A DNA stretch of 64,000 nt, taken from Clostridia bacterium. GTDB taxonomy: Bacteria > Bacillota > Clostridia > TANB77 > CAG-508. The stretch spans positions 6,470 through 70,469 of the forward strand of contig JAFWDV010000008.1 in assembly GCA_017515985.1 (NCBI GenBank), read 5' to 3'. Each line of letters opens with the position of its first letter. Position 1 is the first letter of the stretch. Shown here piece by piece: positions 10,388 to 18,433 of the stretch. The notes beneath the pieces are model-generated. The model saw nothing but the letters and a program-made list of their open reading frames with translations. It did no database searches and was not told the origin of the DNA. The translations under genes were made by a program, and so were the position numbers.

Positions 10388-10428
10388 ACAGCTACAATTT
10401 ATTTGTAACTGTGTTTTTTTATTATATT
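10388..10428. terminator. Bidirectional terminator between the convergent LCP gene and the 645 aa gene.
   Basis: ACACAGCTACAA-ttta-TTGTAACTGTGT stem with flanking A and T runs. Confidence 0.6.
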
Positions 10429-10437
10429 TTCTTTCTA

Positions 10438-12375
10438 TTAACGTCCGTCTGAAAATTCAATATTTGTCATTTTTTCAACACAACTTCTATATGTTTCTCT
10501 ATATTTTTCAGCAAGCTCTTGATCAACTTCAATTTCTGTAATATTTCCAGTATCTAGTATTAGCGTTGGTTTTTTGTGATCAAAACTGAAAAATGTCTTT
10601 GGTAATACATGTGCTTTAACATCATAAGTATCAACCAAATATTGATATGATCTTTCTGATTCTTTGCTTGTACCTTTTTTAAAATGAGATCTTAATGTCA
10701 TAAATAAAGCGTCATATTCCCAATTTGAATAAGCATTTTCCTTAATATACCTTGTATCAAAGTTCATCAAATCAGCGCCCATACTTTCCTCAATAGTAAT
10801 TCCATGTTTTTTAACGTAATATGGTTCAAGCCTCTTGATAATTTCTTTATATTTTGCTGAAGTGAAGTCCATCTTATCGTTTTCTACTCCACCATTTCTT
10901 ATTCTTAAAGCCTCTATGGCATCCAATAATTCAACTGCATTTTGCTGATACTCTCTATATTGCTCTTCAGTGCATCCCTTATCTCCCGCTTCTATATCAG
11001 CTAAATAATTTATTAGTAAATCATCGCGAGTTGTAAATTGATAAGCTTTTAGCTGTTGCTGTGTAAGTACGTCTGCCAATATGTATTCCACAAGCATACA
11101 TGTATCATATCCGCTACCATACATAGTATTTTTTCCTATACAATCTTGGAAAACATCACTTTTGCTTAATAAACCATGCTCATCTAATCTTCTTAAACAC
11201 TCTCTTGTGAATAGCTCATTAGATAATTCCATTGTAAATCTATCTGACTTACCTAATTGGAATACATGCATTAGCTCATGCGCAAATACGTTAACATCAA
11301 CATCGTTAAAATCTCTAACACCATAAAAAATAATTTCATTTGTAGGTCTGCTATACATACCCAATAAATCTGAACCTTCAAGCTTCTGCTCTGAATATGT
11401 AATACGTAGTGTTTCAAGTTTGCTCTTTATTTGGTCTGTGTTCATATAGCAACTATTTTCATCAAATACAAACTTAAATTTCCTTATAAGATCTTTTTCA
11501 TCTTCATTAAGATGAATATTTTTATCCATAGCCTCATTAAGCATATCGCTATGATACTCTTGATTTTTAAGCATAGTTAATAGCTCATCTTTATCTTCTG
11601 GCATTTTATATTCATATGATACAAAAACACCTCTATCATCTAATGCTTTTCTTAAATCTTTTGCCAAAGGTAAACTAGAGTATTGTATGAAAGCTGTACC
11701 TGCATTCAATAAAAGAGCCAATGTAACCAAACCTGAAAATGTAAAAAATTTAACAGTATCTTCTTTTTTAAGATCTTTTCTTGTTTCGTGAAACTTTTTA
11801 CGATTTTCTTCGTACATTTTCTTTTCATCAAAATATTTCTCACGAATAGGATCATCTTTAGCCCAATCAAAAAATTTTATAAAATCTCCACCTTCTGCTT
11901 TACCATGTTTCTTTTTTCCTTTAAAAAGATCTGCCACGTTATTAAAAAGACCTGCCACGTTATCTCTTAAGTTATTATACTTAAAATTCAATAAGGCACA
12001 CTCTTCTTCATTTGGATTAAAGCGTTTTCCATCTTTTATTCTGTATCCAAAGTAAAGCCTTGTGTTAACATCATAATATATCTCAAAATCTTTACCAGCT
12101 ATATTCTCAATTCTTAAAGGATGATTGTTGTTTGGATCTATTTTTATTGCATTATGCACCTTTAAGAAAAGCTCTAATTCTTCTTTAGAATGAGCTGGAA
12201 CAACTTTACCATTTTCATACTTGAAAAAATTTATGCTATTATTTATCACTACAATGCAATATTTTTTATTATCATATTTAAACATTGCAATAGGTTTATA
12301 AATACTATTCATAAAAAATTTCATTCCTTTCCGTTTTCTATATGCAGTGCTGAAAGGTTCAAACCCCTCACACAA
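10438..12375 (-). CDS. Single-pass membrane protein with an extracytoplasmic HExxH zinc-metallopeptidase-like domain; function unknown.
   Basis: TM segment FFTFSGLVTLALLLNAGTAFI at about residue 200. AHELMHVFQ motif with downstream Glu. No recognisable family beyond the motif. Confidence 0.5.
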   Translation of the reverse strand: MCEGFEPFSTAYRKRKGMKFFMNSIYKPIAMFKYDNKKYCIVVINNSINFFKYENGKVVPAHSKEELELFLKVHNAIKIDPNNNHPLRIENIAGKDFEIYYDVNTRLYFGYRIKDGKRFNPNEEECALLNFKYNNLRDNVAGLFNNVADLFKGKKKHGKAEGGDFIKFFDWAKDDPIREKYFDEKKMYEENRKKFHETRKDLKKEDTVKFFTFSGLVTLALLLNAGTAFIQYSSLPLAKDLRKALDDRGVFVSYEYKMPEDKDELLTMLKNQEYHSDMLNEAMDKNIHLNEDEKDLIRKFKFVFDENSCYMNTDQIKSKLETLRITYSEQKLEGSDLLGMYSRPTNEIIFYGVRDFNDVDVNVFAHELMHVFQLGKSDRFTMELSNELFTRECLRRLDEHGLLSKSDVFQDCIGKNTMYGSGYDTCMLVEYILADVLTQQQLKAYQFTTRDDLLINYLADIEAGDKGCTEEQYREYQQNAVELLDAIEALRIRNGGVENDKMDFTSAKYKEIIKRLEPYYVKKHGITIEESMGADLMNFDTRYIKENAYSNWEYDALFMTLRSHFKKGTSKESERSYQYLVDTYDVKAHVLPKTFFSFDHKKPTLILDTGNITEIEVDQELAEKYRETYRSCVEKMTNIEFSDGR

Positions 12376-12413
12376 TATACACTTTTAATTTTACCATATT
12401 ATTAAATAAAATT

Positions 12414-12495
12414 CAAATTTGGACGGAAGAAATTTTGGGGACGGAGGAAAAAATTTCTGCAAAAGAATTTTTTCCTCCGTCCCTAAAATTTTCCA
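12414..12495. repeat. REPIN-like inverted-repeat element (two arms, GGGGACGGAGGAAAAAATT / AATTTTTTCCTCCGTCCC).
   Basis: Perfect 19 bp arms separated by a 12 nt loop (TCTGCAAAAGAA). Same family as 7 other loci in the window. Confidence 0.8.
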
Positions 12496-12507
12496 AATTT
12501 CCACAAA

Positions 12508-13440
12508 CTATTTAAGTACGCCAGTAAATCCGACAATCAAAACAATCAATCCAAGTATTATTCTATAAACTCCAAATACTTTAAAATCATGTTTCTTTAT
12601 GTAGTTCATCAAGAATTTAATAATTAACATCGATACAGCGAATGCAACAATCATTCCAACAGCTAGAACTGCAAGCTCTAATCCTGTAAAATGGAATCCA
12701 AATTTTAATAGTTTAAGAAGGCTTGCGCCAAACATTACTGGTACTGCTAAATAGAATGTAAATTCAGCAGATACTTTTCTTGAAATTCCAATAACTAATG
12801 CTCCTATTATTGTTGCACCTGATCTTGAAACTCCTGGGAAAATTGCTGCAAGAAGTTGGAAACCTCCAATTATTAATGCATCCTTGTATGTAATCTGCAA
12901 TATACTATTTACTCTTGACTCTTTCCCCTTATTCCAGTTTTCTACAACTATAAATGCAATACCAAAAACAATTAATGCTATAGCAACGCATGTTGGGTTG
13001 TAGAATAATCTTTCAAATACATCATCAAAAGCTAAACCTACAACTACTGCTGGAATACATGCTACCAATATTTTTCCCCATAAACTAGTTATATTCTTAT
13101 CTAGCTTAGTTGAAAGTTTTAATATCGGATTTACAATAGCAGCTATTACTTTGGTAAACTTTTTATCTGGGTTAGGAATAACCTTCTTAGCCTTGTAAGC
13201 TTTCTTTTTATCATTCGTGAAAGGCCATATATCCTTAAAAAATATGACCACTACAGCCATGATTGCTCCTAGCTGAATAACTACTTCAAACATATCAAAG
13301 AAGTTTTCTGATACATCCTTTAATTTTAGGAATGAATCAAATAAAATCAAGTGTCCTGTACTACTTACAGGAAGCCACTCTGTAATACCTTCAACTATTC
13401 CAAAAATAATTGCTTTTATAATATCCATCTTTTCCTCCAC
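12508..13440 (-). CDS. uppP: Undecaprenyl-diphosphatase.
   Basis: GITEWLPVSSTGHLIL signature and multi-TM topology. Confidence 0.9.
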   Translation of the reverse strand: MEEKMDIIKAIIFGIVEGITEWLPVSSTGHLILFDSFLKLKDVSENFFDMFEVVIQLGAIMAVVVIFFKDIWPFTNDKKKAYKAKKVIPNPDKKFTKVIAAIVNPILKLSTKLDKNITSLWGKILVACIPAVVVGLAFDDVFERLFYNPTCVAIALIVFGIAFIVVENWNKGKESRVNSILQITYKDALIIGGFQLLAAIFPGVSRSGATIIGALVIGISRKVSAEFTFYLAVPVMFGASLLKLLKFGFHFTGLELAVLAVGMIVAFAVSMLIIKFLMNYIKKHDFKVFGVYRIILGLIVLIVGFTGVLK

Positions 13441-13448
13441 ATTAAATA

Positions 13449-14619
13449 TTATTTTATCTTTACAAATTTATTCTTTCCAAATTGAACAACTTTTGCACTA
13501 GTTAAATCTAATACTGCGTTTATATCATTAACAACTTCTGAATCTACTTTTACACCATTACCTTGAATCATTCTTCTTGCTTCGCTTTTTGATGGTACAA
13601 ATCCTGCCTCTGTTAGAGCATCTACTAATTTAATTTCTTTATTATCTGCAGTGCTTAGCTCAAGCTCTTTTACATCGTCTGGGATTCCACCTTTGGCAAC
13701 TTGTGCATATCTTTCCTCAGCTACTTTGATGAATTCCTCACCATGATATAATCTAACAATCTCCTCTGCATATAATTTGTGAGCAGCAATTACATCTTCA
13801 TTTATTAGTTTTTGTGCTTCTGCTAAATCTATGTTATCTGTTGTTAATTTAAAGTAATCAAATAAAACATCATCTGGAATTTTCATTGCTTTTTCGTACA
13901 TAGATTCTGGAGCTTCATCAATTCCGATATAGTTACCTAATGATTTACTCATCTTCTCTTTTCCATCAAGACCAACTAATAATGGGAATGTTATAACAAC
14001 TTGAGGCTCTTGATCATAATTCTTTTGAAGCTCTCTTCCTACTAATAAGTTGAATGTTTGATCAGTTCCACCGATTTCGATATCTGCATTAATTGCAACA
14101 GAATCGTATCCTTGCATTAATGGGTAGAACATTTCATGCATACTTAATGGTAAATTGTTTTCATATCTATTTTTGAAGTCATCTCTTTCAAGTAATCTAG
14201 CAACAGTATACTTACTTGCAAGCTCTAAAACATCCTTTAAGTTTAATTTTTGTAGCCACTCTGAGTTGAATACTATCTTTGTCTTCTCAGGGTCTAGAAT
14301 TTTAGTTACTTGCTTAAAGTATGATTCACCAGCACCATGGGCTTGCTCGTATGTTAATGCAGGTCTTGTTTTGCTCTTACCACTTGGATCACCAATCATT
14401 GCTGTGTAATCTCCTATGATAAATACAACTTCGTGACCCATATCTTGGAAGTTCTTAAGAGCTCTTAAAACAACAGTATGTCCTAAGTGCAAATCTGGTC
14501 TACTTGGATCAGCTCCCAGCTTAATTGTTAATTTCTTTCCTGATTTTAATTTTTTCTCTAAGTCCTCTTCAGAAATAATCTGAACAGCCTTTCTTTTAAT
14601 TAAATCTAATTGTTCCATA
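13449..14619 (-). CDS. tyrS: Tyrosine--tRNA ligase. The likely start is MEQLDLIK at 14619; the upstream Met in the ORF track overlaps the RBS.
   Basis: HLGH (PDLHLGHTV), KMSKS and a C-terminal S4 domain. GGAGG lies 7 nt before the ATG at 14619. Confidence 0.9.
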
Positions 14620-14649
14620 AAATATCCTCCTTTAAATTTCTTTTCCAAC

Positions 14650-14872
14650 CAAAAAGAGCTAAGTCATCCTTAAAAGGACGAATTAGCTCGTGGTACCACC
14701 TTTTTTTACAAATTTTAAATTTGCCTTATTAGATTTTCGTAATCTTTTACGTAACTACTCGAAGAAGTGTAATTCGCATTTTATATTTTGATAGTTTGCA
14801 CCTTGCACTACCTCTCTATTTGCTAAAATATAAAAACTACTGGATTTCTTTTTAACATAGTTAATTTCATTG
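14650..14872 (-). ncRNA. T-box riboswitch leader of tyrS (Tyr specifier).
   Basis: Minus-strand GGTGGTACCACG matches the T-box antiterminator consensus GGUGGNACCGCG. It is followed by the terminator hairpin GAGCTAATTCGTCC...GGATGACTTAGCTC and a T-run. UAC-containing loop (AGUUACGUAA) and AGAGAG element upstream. Confidence 0.75.
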
Positions 14873-14875
14873 CTA

Positions 14876-14911
14876 ACAATGTTAACATTTTATAATATCT
14901 TTGTCAATATG
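14876..14911 (-). promoter_or_regulatory. Sigma-A type promoter for the tyrS leader (ATTGACAA, 18 nt spacer, extended -10 TGTTAACAT), containing the palindrome AATGTTAACATT.
   Basis: Minus strand reads ATTGACAAAGATATTATAAAATGTTAACATT. A near-identical copy lies at 17355-17392. Confidence 0.5.
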
Positions 14912-14930
14912 CAAAATCACATTTTATTTA

Positions 14931-17339
14931 TTATCTGTTTCCATCACTACCATGCGCTCCTTGGCTTCCTGGTCCCCCTTGTTTTGGATTTTGCTTTTTC
15001 TTATTCTTTTTATTGTTTTTTCCATTTTGTTTTTTATTTGGTTTGCTATCATCACTTGGCTTTTTCTCTTCAACTTCTAACTTTATTATTTTACCTGTCT
15101 CCAAATCATAAGCTCTATCACCAGGCATATGCTTTGGAATAAATGGTGTTACACCACCCTTAGTTGGACTATATAACCATCTTAAGTGCTGATATAATCT
15201 GTCATCTGTTATTGCACCTTTAACTTTCTTTAGCGTTGCTCTTTCATCTTTCGAAATCGGATATAATATCTGCGTTGAAAATCTTTTCTTTAATATGTAG
15301 TTATACATATCGTCAGCGCCCTCGTAAACAGGTATTACTGCGTTGTTTTGAACGTTCTGTAAAAATTGTATTAAATCATCCTTTTTTAGATGAACAAAAA
15401 CCGGCATATTTAATGTTTTGATATCAAATCCTATAAGGGCCATATTAGAGTCTTCATTTTCATCTTCTAATACATATCCCCAGTTTAAAATATTCTTTTT
15501 CTTATCTGTAATTGCAGTGTATATCAATGATTTTGCAGAAAATGTTTTTAAATCATATATATAATCCGGCACAACCGTGTTATAAATAATGTTTTTAACG
15601 TCTTCTTCAAAATCAAAGTTAAACCCTTGCTTTTTGAAATAATTCTCATAAACATTTTTCAAACGAGGACGTAGCATCTTTATAACATCCTTTACCCATT
15701 TTTCTTCGTTGAAATTAGACCCCTCTGGCAATTCATCAACATACTTCTTGCATATTACATTTTGAAGTTCATCGCTCATTGCCATATATAATCTAAGCTG
15801 CTTTGAATCTAAACCAAGCTCTTCAAACGTTACATCTGGATTTTCATATATATGCTCTATCAAATTATCTTGATCTAGTATATATCTTAATCTTCCAAAG
15901 TGTGGCGCTTCTTTTGCTAAACGATTCATATAGAAAGATGACATCGCAGTAATTGCTTCTGAAGAAGCTAAACTAAGTGGTGTGTTTTTATAGCACTTAT
16001 TATAATAAAACCAAGCAGCTTCTCCATCTCTCATGTATATTAAATCTTGAGGGTCTTCCTTATCTGCTACGAATTTATCATACAAAGTCTGCGTATCAAT
16101 TTGTATTTCAGGTAATTTAACAGTTTTTAGCCTACTATTATTCGTTTCACAGAATCTATCTAAATCTCCATTTGCTCTGAAAAAATCAACTAGTACGGCA
16201 ATACGTTTCATTAAATCTTCTTTTACGTATAATGAATTTCGCGTATATGAAAGGCTAGCATCAAAAAAATCATATACTTTTCTCTTGTAAGAATCCCTAA
16301 TATATCCAATAGGCTCATTTTCAGATAGTTTAACAAGATCGTATACACCCGCACAAATTCTATCTACTCTAGCCTGATCACCAATAGTAGAAATTCTCTG
16401 AAATATTTCATGTATATAAATCATAAAATTGTTTTTTTCATCAGTACTTATAAATGGATTACCTTTAAAAGGTCTTAATCTTACAGTTTCTTCGTACTGA
16501 TGCACATTACCATTTTCATTTATACTATCTACTATACTGTATGATGATTCACTTTGGTTTCCTATAATTGAAGCAACTTTTTTTCTGTTTTCTTCGTCAA
16601 TACTTCCATCAATAGAGCCTTCAGATGCCAATTCTTCTTTGCTACCTTTATCTTTTAAAACTATTTTCTTTACTTCAAATATTGAATCTAATTTTTTGTA
16701 GAATAGCTCTCGTATTTCTTCCATATTTTTTCTTGCTTTTTCCCAAGAAGCAGCTCTACCAATCTTTAGCTCTTCACAATACTTTAAAATCCACTTATTT
16801 AATAGCTCTACATCTTCGTAGCCAAGATCATTATTAACTATTTTTTCTCTTAAATATAATATTTCATCATTATAAGAATACTGAATTTGTTCAACAAAAT
16901 CTGTCATTAATCCACAAAGCTCAATCACAATATTCATATCCAAATTTGCAGATAAGTCGTTTTCATATTTCTTAGCAAATTCCATGACATTTATATTTTT
17001 TTCGATAATAGTATTTATATATGGAATCAAATTCATTCCGTCAATGTACTCATACGTTCTAAGCCTATAAAAGTTCGCTAAATTTGGGTTATTGATTTGC
17101 ACAATAAGATTATAGACATACTTTAAAACTTCCTCTTTAATATCTTCAAGGGAAGCTCCTGCATTTTTTCTATACTTTATATATTCAATTATACTTTTCA
17201 TCGCTAATACTTGGTTATCAACATCGGCATCACTATATCTATTACATCTGTCGTAAATTCTATTGACAAAAACCAATTCTTTTTCGTTATATCTTTTGCC
17301 GCTATCTGCTGAAGAACCACCAGATTTTATTTTTCCCAT
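14931..17339 (-). CDS. Large (802 aa) cytoplasmic protein of unknown function with a Lys/Asn/Gly-rich C-terminal tail.
   Basis: Long ORF with RBS (GAGGTG) and the duplicated promoter directly upstream. No recognisable catalytic motifs. Confidence 0.6.
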   Translation of the reverse strand: MGKIKSGGSSADSGKRYNEKELVFVNRIYDRCNRYSDADVDNQVLAMKSIIEYIKYRKNAGASLEDIKEEVLKYVYNLIVQINNPNLANFYRLRTYEYIDGMNLIPYINTIIEKNINVMEFAKKYENDLSANLDMNIVIELCGLMTDFVEQIQYSYNDEILYLREKIVNNDLGYEDVELLNKWILKYCEELKIGRAASWEKARKNMEEIRELFYKKLDSIFEVKKIVLKDKGSKEELASEGSIDGSIDEENRKKVASIIGNQSESSYSIVDSINENGNVHQYEETVRLRPFKGNPFISTDEKNNFMIYIHEIFQRISTIGDQARVDRICAGVYDLVKLSENEPIGYIRDSYKRKVYDFFDASLSYTRNSLYVKEDLMKRIAVLVDFFRANGDLDRFCETNNSRLKTVKLPEIQIDTQTLYDKFVADKEDPQDLIYMRDGEAAWFYYNKCYKNTPLSLASSEAITAMSSFYMNRLAKEAPHFGRLRYILDQDNLIEHIYENPDVTFEELGLDSKQLRLYMAMSDELQNVICKKYVDELPEGSNFNEEKWVKDVIKMLRPRLKNVYENYFKKQGFNFDFEEDVKNIIYNTVVPDYIYDLKTFSAKSLIYTAITDKKKNILNWGYVLEDENEDSNMALIGFDIKTLNMPVFVHLKKDDLIQFLQNVQNNAVIPVYEGADDMYNYILKKRFSTQILYPISKDERATLKKVKGAITDDRLYQHLRWLYSPTKGGVTPFIPKHMPGDRAYDLETGKIIKLEVEEKKPSDDSKPNKKQNGKNNKKNKKKQNPKQGGPGSQGAHGSDGNR

Positions 17340-17354
17340 AAAATAAACACCTCA

Positions 17355-17392
17355 ATTAATGTTAACATTTTATAGGCTTTTTGTCAATGTTT
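17355..17392 (-). promoter_or_regulatory. Second copy of the tyrS-type promoter/palindrome, driving the 802 aa gene.
   Basis: Minus strand reads ATTGACAAAAAGCCTATAAAATGTTAACATT, identical to the 14876-14911 copy except for a 6 nt spacer block. Confidence 0.5.
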
Positions 17393-17449
17393 GTAAGCGT
17401 TTAAAGCCAAATTACTGCCCGATTTTTTTGCTACTTTGCTTTCGAAATG

Positions 17450-17478
17450 TTGACATTTATGTAAATTCATGCTATAAT
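17450..17478 (+). promoter_or_regulatory. Perfect consensus sigma-70/sigma-A promoter (TTGACA, 17 nt spacer, TATAAT) for the GC-rich island gene.
   Basis: TTGACA at 17450-17455 and TATAAT at 17473-17478. GGAGG RBS at 17513-17517, 7 nt before the ATG. Confidence 0.6.
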
Positions 17479-17524
17479 ATAGTTCTAGCGCAAATCCAAA
17501 AAAATTTAAACTGGAGGTTGATGT

Positions 17525-18088
17525 ATGATGCAGAAGGAGACAACTGCACGGGAGAACGATGTAATGTTCACCCGCATCATGGGAATCGCTAGTTCCCTAA
17601 AAAACGGTGACTTTGGTGTAACCAGAGCCACAAGAACCGACACAGCTACCTATTTCGTGGTAGCACGCCGCTTTGACTATGAGGATATTTCGAAATTTGC
17701 AGAGCTTCTCTCGAGAGATGACCTGCTCGTTTCCTACATCCCCGGCAGCAATTTCCTGGCAGTACAGAAGAATCCGATGCCTACCCCGGCTACGATTTTT
17801 CCTGCCATCAGTCGAATTCCGGCCACGCTGGATGAGGCACTGAATATTGCAGCCAAGTTCTACGACAACGGTGTCCATGCCATCGATCAGACGATTGGTG
17901 GCAAGCGCCAGCTCACGCTGGTGTGTATGTCGGCAGACTCGCGCTCTACTCTCTCAGAGCTCGCATATGAGCTTTCGATGAGAGGAGTGAGAGTACAGTT
18001 CTTCGAGAACTGCAACTTCATCTGGGCAAGCGATTGTCCTGTAGAAGCTGCAGTCAAGGCTGACCTGCTCACTGCAGTCGGCCAGTAA
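17525..18088 (+). CDS. Hypothetical 187 aa protein encoded in a GC-rich (about 55%) island; likely horizontally acquired. It shows two-fold internal symmetry.
   Basis: Sharp GC jump relative to the roughly 28% flanks. Codon usage is rich in CTG, CCG and GCC. It has its own consensus promoter, a strong RBS and a GC-rich terminator. The two halves share a beta-loop-helix-beta pattern (FVVARRFDYEDISKFAELL vs LTLVCMSADSRSTLSELAYEL). Confidence 0.6.
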   Translation: MMQKETTARENDVMFTRIMGIASSLKNGDFGVTRATRTDTATYFVVARRFDYEDISKFAELLSRDDLLVSYIPGSNFLAVQKNPMPTPATIFPAISRIPATLDEALNIAAKFYDNGVHAIDQTIGGKRQLTLVCMSADSRSTLSELAYELSMRGVRVQFFENCNFIWASDCPVEAAVKADLLTAVGQ

Positions 18089-18102
18089 CGAAAACTGTAA
18101 AA

Positions 18103-18142
18103 GCCCCGCACGTGTAACAACGTGCCGGGGCTTCTTTTTGCT
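18103..18142. terminator. GC-rich intrinsic terminator (GCCCCGCACG...CGTGCCGGGGC, then TTCTTTTT).
   Basis: 10-11 bp GC stem followed by a T-run. Serves the island gene and possibly the convergent S4 gene. Confidence 0.7.
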
Positions 18143-18156
18143 CTTTAATATTTCTT

Positions 18157-18393
18157 TTATAAAATTTTAATAAGCTCTCCCATATTTTTCCCTTGAACTT
18201 TAGGTATCTCGATAATTTCAAACTTACTAACCTTATCTCCAAATTGAATTTCAATAACATCTCCAACCTTAACTTCAAAGCTAGGTTTTACAACTTTACC
18301 ATTAACTGAAACTCTGCCATTATCTGCAGCTTCGTTTGCAACAGTTCTTCTTTTGATAACTCTTGACACCTTTAAAAATTTGTCTAATCTCAT
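18157..18393 (-). CDS. RNA-binding S4 domain protein (Hsp15/YabO-like).
   Basis: MRLDKFLKVSRVIKRRTVANEAADNGRVSVNGKVVKPSFEVKVGDVIEI is a canonical S4 fold sequence. Confidence 0.8.
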   Translation of the reverse strand: MRLDKFLKVSRVIKRRTVANEAADNGRVSVNGKVVKPSFEVKVGDVIEIQFGDKVSKFEIIEIPKVQGKNMGELIKIL

Positions 18394-18433
18394 GTATTAA
18401 AACCTCCATGTTTGTATCTAAATCTGTATGCAA

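Noticed and set aside
17597-18120. Minus-strand ORFs (93 aa and 77 aa) inside the GC-rich island
   Set aside because: These are antisense to a well-supported plus-strand gene that has its own promoter, RBS and terminator. Long open frames on the opposite strand are expected by chance in GC-rich sequence.
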